64,000 nucleotides of DNA from an uncultured Acidimicrobiia bacterium. Lineage in GTDB: Bacteria; Actinomycetota; Acidimicrobiia; IMCC26256; JAENVU01. Of the stretch, positions 1-9,666 are shown in pieces; positions within the stretch are counted from its first letter, which is position 1, and every line of letters starts with the position of its first letter. The stretch lies in NCBI GenBank assembly GCA_963835005.1, contig CAWIEA010000001.1, positions 153,291 through 217,290 on the forward strand. The letters are read 5' to 3'. The translations under genes and the position numbers were made by a program. The notes beneath the pieces were generated by a model. The model was given only the letters and a program-made list of their open reading frames with translations, was not told the origin of the DNA and did not search any database.

Positions 1-1221
1 CGACCGCGGTGATCTGATCCGCGACCTCGTGGGCCTGGGTGCGGTTGGTGACGACGTTGCGGGCACCGCCGATGAACCCGACGAGGACGACGAAGGTCAG
101 GACGCCGTAGCGGACGCGCTTGTCACCGAGCACGATCACACCGAACGCCGCCGCGAGCGCGAAGAACGGGTACATCACCGCGGCGTAGCGCGACTGGAAG
201 CCGCTGCCGGCGAGGAACGACAGCGCGAGGCCGCCGAAGAGCGTCAGCACGCCGACCAGCCACTCCCAGCGCACACCCGCGAACGTCCGCAGGTCCACGT
301 CCATCTGGAAGCCGCCCGCGCCCGGGCCACGAGGGCGATGATCGCGAGGAGGACGAGGGGCAGGACGAGCGTCCAGCCCTCGATCATCCGGCCGCCGGCG
401 AAGTCGATGATGCCGAGCGCCGCGTTCGTCGGCGGGCTCGTCGCCGTGTCCCAGGGCGTGCCCGTGTGCTTCATCTGGTACGCGAACGTCGGGAGCCAGG
501 GCACGAAGAGCAGGCCACCGACCGCGAGCGCGATCAGGATCCGCAGCGCCGTGCGCCGCTCCTCGCCGCGCCGACGCCAGACGAGCCACAGCTGGGTGAC
601 CCCGACGACCGCGACGAGGAAGAACGCCCAGTACTGCGTGTAGAGCAGCGCCCCGGTCAGCAACGCGATGGGGATGAGCCGGCCGACCGTCGGCTTCTCG
701 ACCGCGCGCCACAGCAAGAGGTACCCGGCCAGCACGAGCACCATCGCGAGCATGTACATGCGCGCTTCGTTGGAGTACCGGATCGCGTACGGCGACGACG
801 CCACGATCAGCACCGCGCTCCACGCGATCCAGCGCCGTCGCACCGGGTCGCTCCCGCCCAGGCGCGCGCCGGCGAAGTAGGCGAGCGGCAGGGACAGGAC
901 TCCGAGGACGCCCGAGAGCGCGCGGACCGCGACGTCGCTCGTGCCGAAGACCGCCATCCAGCCGTGCAGCAGGAGGTAGTAGAGCGGCGGCGCGCCGTCG
1001 CGCTTCAGCAGGTCGGTGAGCTGCGAGAGCGGCGCGTGAGCGATGTTGACGGTCAGCGCCTCGTCGAGCCACAGGTCGGACTTCGTGACGAAGCGGAACG
1101 CCACCGAGACGAGCAGGACGCCCGCGACGATCGCCCCGAGCAGGAGGCTGCGCGGTCGCGCTCCGCCCACCGAGTCGGTCGCGGGCGGCGAGGGCGCCGG
1201 CGCGTCGGGTTCCGTCCTCAT
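1..1221 (-). pseudogene. GT-C type membrane glycosyltransferase (family 39 / PMT_2 / ArnT-like); 3' end runs off the window; one apparent +1 frameshift near 325
   Basis: ORF 244..1221 starts at ATG 1221. It has an N-terminal TM helix, then LWLDEALTVNIA, PPLYYLLLHGW and many further hydrophobic segments, as in ArnT/PMT-like enzymes. After ...LLAIIALVA the sensible hydrophobic reading (GGFQMDVDLRTFAGVRWEWLVGVLTLFGG...FFALAAAFGVIVLG...) continues in another frame down to base 1. Confidence 0.6.
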
Positions 1222-1252
1222 GGCCTCACCGAGCGGGTCACTGTAGTGGTGG

Positions 1253-2227
1253 TCAGGCCGAAATCTCGGGTACCACCTCGGCGGTGAACCGCTCGAGGCT
1301 CTCGCTCGACGGGAAGTCCCGGAACCAGAGCACCAGCTCCCGGCACCCGGCGTCGACGAACCCCTGCACCTTCTCGGTCACCTGCTCGACCGTCCCGACG
1401 AGGTTGTCCCGCACGTACTCCTCGTGGGGAGTCCGGCCCCAGAGCTGTCCGCCGCCGGCCGAGTCCAGCCAGGCCTGCAGGTCCTGCTCCGTGTCGAACA
1501 GGCGACAGTCGGGACCGTGGGTGCGCACGATCGAGTCGAAGTCGCGGCCGATCCGGGCGCAGTGCTCCTCGAGCACGTTCGACTTGTGCACGAACTGGTC
1601 CAGCCCCACCTGCCAGTTGGTCGCATCGGCGTGCTCGGCCGCGATGCGCAGCGTCACCTTCTCGCCCCCACCCCCGACCCAGAGCGGCGGGCGGGGCGCA
1701 CGGAGCGGCTTCGGGTCCGAGAACGCGCCGTCGAAGTGGAGGTGCTTCCCCTCGAAGCTGACGGTCTCCTCGGCCCAGAGCCGGGGGATGACGGTGATCG
1801 TCTCCTCGAGCACCTCGAGCCGCTCCCGGTCCGAGAGGTACTCGTAGCCGTAGGCCTCGTACTCACGGCTGTACCACCCGGCGCCGAGGCCGAGGATCAG
1901 GCGGCCGCCGGAGAACACGTCGATGCAGGCCGCCTCCTTGGCGAGGAGGCCGGCGTTGCGGTAGCTCGAGCAGGTGACGAGCTGGCCGAGCTCGGCGGTC
2001 GTCGTCACCTGCGAGAGTGCCGCGAGCATCGTGAACGCCTCGAAGCAGTGGGTGGGCTCGCGGCGCGGCACCGTCTCGACGTGGTCGTAGACCCACAGGT
2101 GGTCGTAGCCGGCGCGCTCCGCGATGCCGGCGAGCTCGACCGAGCGCGCCCACGCGGCTGCGGCGTCCCAGCCGGTGTACTCGAGCTTCCAACCCTGGGG
2201 GACGAACGCGCCGTACCGCAGCCCCAC
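1253..2227 (-). CDS. LLM-class (luciferase-like) F420-dependent-type oxidoreductase
   Basis: This is the last 324 codons of ORF 1253..2638. GTG at 2227 gives VGLRYGAFVPQGWKLE..., with DHLWVYDH, GRLILGLGAGW and PPLWVGGGGEK shared with the paralog at 12081..13094. The upstream 137 codons are Arg/Gly-rich GC noise. The GTG overlaps the TAG of the upstream gene by 1 nt. Confidence 0.8.
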   Translation of the reverse strand: MGLRYGAFVPQGWKLEYTGWDAAAAWARSVELAGIAERAGYDHLWVYDHVETVPRREPTHCFEAFTMLAALSQVTTTAELGQLVTCSSYRNAGLLAKEAACIDVFSGGRLILGLGAGWYSREYEAYGYEYLSDRERLEVLEETITVIPRLWAEETVSFEGKHLHFDGAFSDPKPLRAPRPPLWVGGGGEKVTLRIAAEHADATNWQVGLDQFVHKSNVLEEHCARIGRDFDSIVRTHGPDCRLFDTEQDLQAWLDSAGGGQLWGRTPHEEYVRDNLVGTVEQVTEKVQGFVDAGCRELVLWFRDFPSSESLERFTAEVVPEISA

Positions 2228-2721
2228 TACTTGCTTCCCGCTCCACCGCTCGGGGCCGCTCCGCCCTCCGCACTTCGTGCCCGCTCCGGGCTGCGCTCGA
2301 ATTCCCACCACTGGATCTCGACCATCATCGGCAGCAGGAAGCCGATGTAGATCGACGTGATCGCGAGCATCCCGTGATCGTCGCGGGTCTTGTCGATCAC
2401 GTCGACGCGGTCGTCCTTCGCCGCGAACGCCTTCGCCTTGTCCAGCACGGCGTCGAGCTCGGCCTCGGTGCCGACCGACAGGCCGTAGTGGTCCATGCGC
2501 GGGGCGGTCATCGGGTGGTCGTCCGCGATGAGGAAGACGAACTGCTCGACCTCGTGCACGCCGAACACGAGCTTCTTGCGGTCGACGGTCTCGGTGGGCA
2601 GCTCGACCCAGCCGAACACCTCGCCGTAGAAGTCGCACAGCTCCTTGCGGCCCTGCTCGTCGAGCAGGTCCGCGGGCACGCTCATCGCCACGTGGTTGAA
2701 CCGGGGCTTCCTGACCTTCAT
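2227..2721 (-). CDS. VOC (glyoxalase/bleomycin-resistance/dioxygenase fold) family protein
   Basis: ATG at 2721 (MKVRKPRFNHVAMSVP...) lies inside ORF 2227..2754. The FNHVAMSV start and a second HYGLSV module resemble VOC-fold proteins. Assignment is by family resemblance only. Confidence 0.55.
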   Translation of the reverse strand: MKVRKPRFNHVAMSVPADLLDEQGRKELCDFYGEVFGWVELPTETVDRKKLVFGVHEVEQFVFLIADDHPMTAPRMDHYGLSVGTEAELDAVLDKAKAFAAKDDRVDVIDKTRDDHGMLAITSIYIGFLLPMMVEIQWWEFERSPERARSAEGGAAPSGGAGSK

Positions 2722-2827
2722 GTCCGCTCTCGGCCCTTCGGGCCGGGCCGACAACCTCGATCCCGGCGAACCGCTTCGCTGCTCTGGCGGCGTCGAGCTC
2801 GACGGCTCACCGCTTCGCTCTCGGTGC

Positions 2828-3883
2828 TCACTGCTCGGTCCCCCGCTTCGGAGCGATCATGACCTTCGCCGGGATCTCGCCCGCTCCGAGCCGCTCGATC
2901 GCACCGAGCAGGCCGTCGAGGTCGACGTCCTCCGGGTCGACGAGGAGATCACGCGGGAACGACGGCCGGCTGAGGAGCTCGAGCGCGCGGTCGAAGCCGT
3001 CGGCGTCGTAGCAGAACGCACCCGTGATCACGAGCTCGTTGAGGAGGATGCGGTTCGGGTCGAAGCGCGGCGGCTTGATGCCCGCGCCGACGAGGACGAG
3101 GCGACCCATCCGCCGCAGCTGGCCGAGGCACTGCTCCATCGCGGCCGCGTGCCCGGAGCACTCGAGCGCGACGTCGAACGGTTCGTCGGTGATCTCGTTG
3201 GGTGACCGCGGGGTGATCAGCTCGTCCGGCGTGACGCTGCGCGCGCCGAGCTGCTCGCCGAGCTCACGCCGCACCGGCGCCGGCTCGCTGAGGACGATGT
3301 CGTCGACACCGAGCTCGCGCAGCGCCGCGATCGACAGCGTGCCGATCGGGCCACCGCCGGTGACGAGCACGCGCTCGCCCGGCTGGACGTTCGCCTGGCT
3401 GATGCCGTGGAGCGCGACCGCGAGCGGCTCGGTCAGCGCCGCGTGCCGCAGCGAGAGACCGTCGGGCAGCCGGAGCAGCTCGTTCGCCTTCACCTTGACG
3501 AAGTCGGCGAACGCACCCTGGAAGTCTCCGCCCTCGCCCACGGATCCCCGGCCCGAGCACAGGCTCGGGCGGCCGGCGAGGCAGAACTCGCACTGGCCGC
3601 AGCGGACCGTCGGCCCGCCGACCACGGAGTCGCCCACCTTCCAGCCGGTCACCGCGGCGCCGACCGCGGCGATCGTGCCCGTGTACTCGTGGCCGCCGAC
3701 CGAGTTCGGCCGGCCCCAGCCCTCGAGCACGAAGTGGATGTCGGAGCCGCAGACCCCGCAGTGGCTGACCTCGAGGAGGACGTCCTCGGGGCCCACCTCG
3801 GGCACCGGGTACTGCTCCACGTCGACTCGCCGGTCGCCCTTGTAGACCGCAGCTCGCATCGTCGTGGGCACCGTTCCGGCCAT
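2828..3883 (-). CDS. Zinc-dependent medium-chain alcohol/polyol dehydrogenase (MDR family)
   Basis: This is the last 351 codons of ORF 2828..4921, from ATG 3883 (alternative ATG 3859). It has CGVCGSD and GHEYTG catalytic-Zn motifs, a structural-Zn CGQCEFCLAGRPSLC and a Rossmann LVTGGGPIG. The rest of the 697-aa ORF is antisense noise to 4067..5743. Confidence 0.85.
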   Translation of the reverse strand: MAGTVPTTMRAAVYKGDRRVDVEQYPVPEVGPEDVLLEVSHCGVCGSDIHFVLEGWGRPNSVGGHEYTGTIAAVGAAVTGWKVGDSVVGGPTVRCGQCEFCLAGRPSLCSGRGSVGEGGDFQGAFADFVKVKANELLRLPDGLSLRHAALTEPLAVALHGISQANVQPGERVLVTGGGPIGTLSIAALRELGVDDIVLSEPAPVRRELGEQLGARSVTPDELITPRSPNEITDEPFDVALECSGHAAAMEQCLGQLRRMGRLVLVGAGIKPPRFDPNRILLNELVITGAFCYDADGFDRALELLSRPSFPRDLLVDPEDVDLDGLLGAIERLGAGEIPAKVMIAPKRGTEQ

Positions 3884-3903
3884 GACCCGAGCGTTGCCCA
3901 AAC

Positions 3904-3919
3904 CTGACACGCACGTCAA
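3904..3919. promoter_or_regulatory. Operator-like palindrome CTGAC-N6-GTCA (site 1)
   Basis: Sequence is CTGACacgcacGTCAa. It lies about 20 nt upstream of the ADH start (3883, minus strand), in the divergent gap with 4067. The 17-mer CTGACACGCACGTCAAC is identical to site 3 at 18877. Confidence 0.6.
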
Positions 3920-4066
3920 CAAACGGGCCTCCGGCATAGTCTTCGGCAGGAGCGGAGGCCGGAGCCGGTCACGGAGGCGGCGTGACGGCGCGAGCGGGAC
4001 GGAGTGCGAGCCCGGAACGACCCGAAGTGATGAAGGCCGAAGCGACCAGAAGAGGAGGGGGACACG

Positions 4067-5743
4067 ATGCCGGCAGACCTGGTGATCCGCGGTGGGACGG
4101 TGGTCGACGGGACCGGGGCACCGGGCCGGCGCGCCGACGTCGCCGTCACCGACGGCGTGATCTCGGACATCGGCGACGGGCTCGACGGGGTACGCGAGCT
4201 CGACGCCTCCGACCAGGTGGTGTCGCCGGGCTTCGTCGACATCCACTCCCACTACGACGCGCAGGTGTTCTGGGACCCGGCGCTCACGCCGTCGAGCTTC
4301 CACGGCGTCACGAGCGTCGTCGCCGGCAACTGCGGCTTCTCGATCGCGCCGTGCCGGCCGGAGCACCGCAAGCTGCTCGCCCGCACGCTGCAGCACGTGG
4401 AGGACATGGACCTCGCCACGCTCGAGGCCGGGATCCCGTGGGACTTCGAGACGTTCCCCCAGTACCTCGACTCGGTGGCCCGGCACGGCACCGCGCTCAA
4501 CTACGGCGTCTACGTCGGGCACACCGCGGTCCGCCTCTTCGTCATGGGCGAGGAGGGCTACGAGCGCGAGCTGCCGACCGAGGCCGAGCTCGCGACGATG
4601 CAGCACGTCGTCCGCGAGGCGATGGACGCGGGCGCGATGGGATTTGCGACCAGCTCGTCGGCCACGCACAACGGCGACGGCGGCCGTCCGGTCCCGAGCC
4701 GGCTCGCGGATCGCGCCGAGCTCGAGGCCCTGCTCGACCCGCTGCGTGCGACCGGCAAGGGCGTGGCCGCGCTCCTCCCCGGCGAGAAGATCAAGCACGC
4801 CGACGTGCACGAGATCCAGGCGCGCGTCGGCCGCCCGCTCACGTGGACCGCGCTGCTCACGATCAAGGGCTTCCCGTGGCACGAGGACATCATCAAGGCG
4901 AACGACGAAGCTCGTGCGCACGGCGGCCAGGTGTGGCCCCAGATCTCGGTGCGCCCGCTCGTGTTCCAGATGAACCTGCGCGAGCCGTTCACGTTCAACA
5001 TGGCGCCGGCGTTCGCCGCGCTCATGGCCGAGCCGGACGCGGTGCGCATGGAGAAGTACGCGGACCCGTCATGGCGGCGGCTCGCCCAGGGCGACCTGGA
5101 CAACAAGGCGTTCCTGCGCCCGAACTGGGACGCGCTCGAGGTCGCCGAGAGCACTGCGCACCCCGAGCTGGTCGACCGGCGCGTCGTGGAGATCGCGGCG
5201 GAGCGCGGCTGCACCGCACTCGACGTCATGCTCGACACCTCGCTCGACGAGCAGCTGGAGACCCGGTTCCGCTCGACGCTCGCCAACAACGACCCGGACG
5301 CGATCGCATGGCTCCTGCAGCGCGAGGGCGTGCTGATCGGCCTGGCCGACTCGGGCGCGCACGTGAGCCAGCTCTGCGACGCGTGCCTCCCCACCGACCT
5401 CCTCGGCAACTGGGTGCGCGAGAAGGAAGTGATCTCGCTGGAACGGGCCGTGAACAAGCTCACCGGCGAGCCCGCGGGCGTCTTCGGGCTCGACGCCGCG
5501 GACGGCGGCCGCGGCCTCCTGCGCGAGGGTATGGCCGCGGACGTGACCGTCTTCGACCCCGACACGGTCGCTCCGGGGCCGCTGCGCCGGATCCGCGACT
5601 TCCCGGCCGACGGCGAGCGGCTCACCGCGGACGCGCCGAGCGGCATGACCCACACCCTCGTCAACGGTGTGCCGATCCGGGTCGACGGCGAGCCGGTGGC
5701 CGACACCGCCGACCTGCGCCCGGGCCAGGTGCTCCGGAGCTGA
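4067..5743 (+). CDS. Amidohydrolase, N-acyl-D-amino-acid deacylase (D-aminoacylase) family
   Basis: Intact 558-aa ORF with a GAGGAGGGGG SD-like run just upstream. Motifs: DLVIRGGTVVDGTG, PGFVDIHSHYD metal-binding motif, GVTSVVAGNCG, LADSGAH. Paralog of 21130..22852. Confidence 0.85.
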   Translation: MPADLVIRGGTVVDGTGAPGRRADVAVTDGVISDIGDGLDGVRELDASDQVVSPGFVDIHSHYDAQVFWDPALTPSSFHGVTSVVAGNCGFSIAPCRPEHRKLLARTLQHVEDMDLATLEAGIPWDFETFPQYLDSVARHGTALNYGVYVGHTAVRLFVMGEEGYERELPTEAELATMQHVVREAMDAGAMGFATSSSATHNGDGGRPVPSRLADRAELEALLDPLRATGKGVAALLPGEKIKHADVHEIQARVGRPLTWTALLTIKGFPWHEDIIKANDEARAHGGQVWPQISVRPLVFQMNLREPFTFNMAPAFAALMAEPDAVRMEKYADPSWRRLAQGDLDNKAFLRPNWDALEVAESTAHPELVDRRVVEIAAERGCTALDVMLDTSLDEQLETRFRSTLANNDPDAIAWLLQREGVLIGLADSGAHVSQLCDACLPTDLLGNWVREKEVISLERAVNKLTGEPAGVFGLDAADGGRGLLREGMAADVTVFDPDTVAPGPLRRIRDFPADGERLTADAPSGMTHTLVNGVPIRVDGEPVADTADLRPGQVLRS

Positions 5744-5766
5744 GCCCCGCCGCGTACGATCCCGGC

Positions 5767-6660
5767 GTGACCACGTCGGCTTCCCCGAACCGCGCCGCGC
5801 TGCTCGTGACCGGCGCGACCGGCTTCGTGGGCGGGCACCTCGTCCGCCGGCTGATCGACGACGGCTGGCTGGTCGATGCGCTCGTCCGCTCCGCCGACGC
5901 CGACCTGCCCGCGGCGGTCGTGGTCCATCCGATCCCCGAGCCGATCGACCAGCTGATCGCGCTCGTCGGCGAGATCGAGCCGTCGGTGTGCTTCCACCTC
6001 GCGACTGCCTTCCGGGGCGTCCACGTCCCCGCGGACATCCAGCCGATGGTCGAGGCCAACGTGGGCTTCGGCGTCGCGCTCGCCGAGGCCGTGAGCCAGG
6101 CCGGCGACTGCACGTTCGTGAACACGGGCACCGTGTGGCAGCACTACGAGGCGAGGCCGTACAGCCCGGTCTCGCTCTACGCCGCGCTGAAGCAGTCGTT
6201 CACCGACGCGCTCCGGTTCTACGAGGAAGTCGCCGCGCTCCCCGTCGTCACGCTCGAGCTCACCGACACCTACGGCCCCGGCGACCCGCGACCGAAGCTG
6301 CTGCCGATCCTCGTGCGGGCCGCGCGTGAAGGCACCGCTTTGCAGATGACCGACGGCACCCAGCTCATCGACCTTCTCCACGTCGAGGACGCGGTCAGCG
6401 CGCTGCTCGCGACCGCGGCCGGCGAAGCCGGTTCGACCTACGGCGCGTCGGGCGGCGACACGTTGACGCTGCGCGACCTGGTCCAGCGGTTCGAGACCGT
6501 GTCGGGCCTGTCGGTGACGGCCGAGTGGGGCGTCCGGCCCTCCCGGCCCCGGGAGATGCTGACACCGTGGATGGTCTCGGGTCCGCCCCCGGGGTGGGCC
6601 CCGGAGGTGTCGCTCGACGACGGCATCCGCGCCCTGCTCCGCGACTCGGGCACCTCCTGA
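5767..6660 (+). CDS. NAD-dependent epimerase/dehydratase family protein
   Basis: GTG 5767 lies in the frame of ORF 3982..6660. It has a LLVTGATGFVGGHL Rossmann motif and YAALK (YxxxK). The preceding ~595 codons of the ORF are out-of-frame noise over gene 4067..5743. The start codon choice is uncertain. Confidence 0.75.
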   Translation: MTTSASPNRAALLVTGATGFVGGHLVRRLIDDGWLVDALVRSADADLPAAVVVHPIPEPIDQLIALVGEIEPSVCFHLATAFRGVHVPADIQPMVEANVGFGVALAEAVSQAGDCTFVNTGTVWQHYEARPYSPVSLYAALKQSFTDALRFYEEVAALPVVTLELTDTYGPGDPRPKLLPILVRAAREGTALQMTDGTQLIDLLHVEDAVSALLATAAGEAGSTYGASGGDTLTLRDLVQRFETVSGLSVTAEWGVRPSRPREMLTPWMVSGPPPGWAPEVSLDDGIRALLRDSGTS

Positions 6661-6918
6661 GCGACCGGAGTCTCCTGGCGGCCAGCGGGAAGCAACCGCA
6701 CCGAGCACCGCCACCGGACCGCGATCGTGGTCGCTCAGCCACACCCTGAGCGACCGGAGTCTCCTGGCGGCCAGCGGGAAGCAACCGCACCGAGCACCGC
6801 CACCGGACCGCGATCGTGGTCGCTCAGCCACACCCTGAGCGACCGGAGTCTCCTGGCGGCCAGCGGGAAGCAACCGCACCGAGCACCGCCACCGGACCGC
6901 GATCGTGGTCGCTCAGCC
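6658..6918. repeat. Tandem array of three 89-bp units (third unit 83 bp) filling a convergent intergenic gap
   Basis: TGAGCGACCGGAGTCTCCTGGCGGCCAGCGGGAAGCAACCGCACCGAGCACCGCCACCGGACCGCGATCGTGGTCGCTCAGCCACACCC begins at 6658, 6747 and 6836, with no mismatch that I could see. Units are bounded by the inverted repeat TGAGCGACC / GGTCGCTCA. Confidence 0.95.
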
Positions 6919-7605
6919 TGAGCGGGCCGGCGGCGGCTTGCCGATGCGCACGTAGGCATCGTCGGGCACTGCGCGCGCGTCCTTGTAGACGTGGTGCACG
7001 CACGTATCGCCCTTGCCCGCCTGCGGGTACTCGACGCTCGTCGGCACCGAGCCCCACTCCACCGGCTGGATCTCGTTGTTGACCGAGCAGTGAGCGCAGT
7101 ACACGGGGAGCTCGTCCTGCATGAACGTGCGGCCGGCGCGCTCGCGCAGCGTCCGGTACGGATGCTCGCCCTCGTAGCGGCCTTCGTCGATCAGCTTCCC
7201 GCCCGAGCCGCAGCGGAACGACAGCACGATCTTCTCGTCGTCCTCCGAGACGTCGACCGCACCCCGGTTGGCGAGCATCGCCCGGGCGATCACCTTGGCG
7301 CGCTGCGCGGCGGGGACGTCCTCCCACGCGGTGCCCGTGTCGCGTCGCGGGCGGACGAATTCGTCGCCGGTCGTGCGCAGTGCCCGCTCGACCGCCTCCT
7401 CCCCCAGCTCGTCGGCGACGAACGTGAGCAGGCTCGTGATCCAGTTGATCGAGTAGTCCTGCAAACCGGCCCACTGCCCGACCATCTTGTCGATCAGCGC
7501 CTTCGCCGCGTCTCCATCACCCGCGTCGATCGCGGCCTTGGCCTGCGCCCAGACCGGCGTCTGCATCTTCTCGATCTCGGCGTCGCTCAACACCCGACCG
7601 GTCAT
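6913..7605 (-). CDS. Hypothetical protein with a Cys/His cluster (possible metal site)
   Basis: ATG 7605 has a GGAGGGA SD about 7 nt upstream and gives 230 aa. The sequence is ordinary and globular-looking, with FRCGSGG ... YCAHC ... TCVHH. No family recognised. Confidence 0.6.
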   Translation of the reverse strand: MTGRVLSDAEIEKMQTPVWAQAKAAIDAGDGDAAKALIDKMVGQWAGLQDYSINWITSLLTFVADELGEEAVERALRTTGDEFVRPRRDTGTAWEDVPAAQRAKVIARAMLANRGAVDVSEDDEKIVLSFRCGSGGKLIDEGRYEGEHPYRTLRERAGRTFMQDELPVYCAHCSVNNEIQPVEWGSVPTSVEYPQAGKGDTCVHHVYKDARAVPDDAYVRIGKPPPARSG

Positions 7606-7711
7606 CGTCCGCTCCCTCCGGCGCGCCCGGCGCGAATCCGACGGGCCGCGGCGCACGTTACCGACCCGTTCCCGCGGTCGAGTTTCGTGGGCGGTATGTC
7701 AAGATGCGGCG

Positions 7712-9656
7712 GTGGCGCGCCGGGTGTCTCTTCCCCACGTCGACGCGCTCGACGGGCTGCGCGGCTTGGCCGTCGCGGGGGTCCTGCTGTTCCACGGCGG
7801 GCACCTGACCGGGGGGTATCTGGGCGTCGACCTGTTCTTCGTCCTGTCGGGATTCCTGATCACGTCGCTGCTCCTCGTCGAGGGGCGCGACAGGGAGCAC
7901 ATCGCCCTCGGCTCGTTCTGGGCCCGACGGGCCCGCCGCCTGCTCCCGGCCCTCGGCGGCCTGATCGTGGGCGTCGCCGTGTACTGCGTCGTGTTCGCCC
8001 AGCCGTCGGAGCTGTCACGCATCCGCGGCGACGCGTTCGCGACCGTCGCGTACGTCGCCAACTGGCACTCCATCGCCACCGGGACGGACTACTGGGCGCT
8101 GTTCCGCACGCCCTCCCCGCTCGAGCACACGTGGAGCCTCGCGATCGAGGAGCAGTTCTACCTGGTCTGGCCGCTCGTCTTCGTCGGCCTGCTGGCCTGG
8201 TGGAAGCGACGCACGCCCCAGGCCGTGCTCGTCGTCGCGCTCGTCGGTGCCGTGGCATCGACGCTGCTGATGGTCGCGCTCTACTCGCCGAGCGATGCGT
8301 CACGCGTCTACTACGGCACCGACACGCGCGCGACGGGGATCCTGCTCGGTGCCGCGCTCGCGGCACTGCTGGCCATCCGCGGTCCCGCGCGCAGCCACAC
8401 CGCCCGGGTCACGATCGAGGTCGCCGGATGGGTCGGGTTCGTCGTCCTCGCGCTCGCGTGGACGCAGCTCAGCGGAGAGTCCGAGACCCTGTACCGGGGT
8501 GGCTTCCTCGTCTGCGGCCTGGCCGCGATCCTCGTGATCGCCACCGCGGTGCACCCGAACCGTTTGCTCCTCGGCAGCGCGCTCGGCTTCCGTCCGTTGT
8601 GCCTCCTCGGCATCATCAGCTACGGCCTCTACCTCTGGCACTGGCCGGTCGACCTCGTGCTCGACGCGGACCGGACCGGCATCGACGGCTGGCCGCTGTT
8701 CGCGGTGCAGACCGCGGTGGCGATCGGGATCGCCGTCGTCTCGTACCGGTGGCTCGAGCGGCCCATCCGGCGCGGCGCGCTCGACCGGCCGGCAGTGGGC
8801 GTTCGTGACGCCCGCGCTCGTCGCGGTGCTGGTGGTCGTCATCGTCGTCGGCACCCTCGGGAGCGGGAAGGACGACGCAGTCGCCATCGTCAGCGACCCG
8901 AAATCGAACGGCGCGAGCAGCTCGCTCGGCCGTGAGGTCGGCCGGGTCCTGCTCGTCGGTGACTCGGTCGCGGGCACGATGGTGAACGGCCTCCGCCACC
9001 AGGGCCTCGACGTCGTCGACGCATCGTTCCCGGGCTGCAAGGTGGTGCGCGGGACGATCCGGGTGACCGACGGCAACCTGCAGGACGCCGACTGCCCGTG
9101 GCCGACCGGGTGGGCCGGCGACCTCGCGAAGGACCAGCCCCGCGTCGTGCTGCTCGAGTCCGCGGCCTTCGAGCTCTTCGACGTGCGCCCCCACGGCTCG
9201 TCGAAGTGGCTCTCGCCCGGGACGTCCGGGTGGGCCCGCTACTGGAAGGGCGAGATGCAGCAGGCGATCGACGTCCTGTCTTCGTCCGGTGCGGTCGTCG
9301 TGGTCCCCAACGTCGCCTGCACGAAGCAGAAGACCGACGCCGGGACCGTGGACGTCGACCGCTCTGCGTTCAACCCGAAGCGGGTGCGCGCCGCGAACCA
9401 GGTGCTCGCAGAACTCGCGCGCGAGAACGCCGATCGCATGGTGCTCGTCGACCTGAAGGGTTACGTCTGCCCCGACGGCAAGTACCACGACCGCCTGCAC
9501 GGCGTGGACCCGCTCCGGGTCGACGGCGTGCACTACACGGACCCGGGCTCGAACCTCGTTGGCCGCTGGCTCGCCCCGCAGCTCGCGGCCGCGGCTCGCC
9601 TCAGTCGCGTCCCCGCGACGTCATCGACCACGACGACGACCACCGCGGCGTCCTGA
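7712..9656 (+). pseudogene. Acyltransferase family 3 (OafA/YrhL-like) membrane domain fused to SGNH hydrolase-like domain; one +1 frameshift near 8789
   Basis: The gene starts in the frame of ORF 7487..8935 from GTG 7712 (or 7724). That part carries LDGLRGLAVAGVLLFHGG, GVDLFFVLSGFLIT, WSLAIEEQFYLVWP and ISYGLYLWHWP. After ERPIRRGAL the reading continues in the ORF 8805..9656 frame (RRQWAFVTPALVAVLVVVIVV, LLVGDSVAG, DGVHYT). This is the usual TM linker plus SGNH domain. Confidence 0.75.
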
Positions 9657-9666
9657 GCCGGGACCG

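Noticed and set aside
2730-2860. Three copies of CCGCTTCG(C/G) and a GGCCCTTCGGGCC hairpin between the ADH and VOC genes as a regulatory element
   Set aside because: These are short, GC-rich, loosely spaced matches that are plausible by chance. There is no link to other sites in the window.
3982-6879. Very long ORFs (892 aa on plus, 773 aa on minus), with similar ones at 12060..13556, 19082..21124, 20569..22056, 24948..26489 and 48243..50717
   Set aside because: They are Arg/Ala/Gly/Pro-rich translations lying antisense or out of frame to genes with clear family motifs. This is typical open-frame noise of very GC-rich DNA. Only the in-frame terminal segment of some of them (e.g. 5767..6660) is real.
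6658-6918. CRISPR array
   Set aside because: The 89-bp units are directly contiguous with no unique spacers. The period is far longer than CRISPR repeats, and no cas genes are present in the window.
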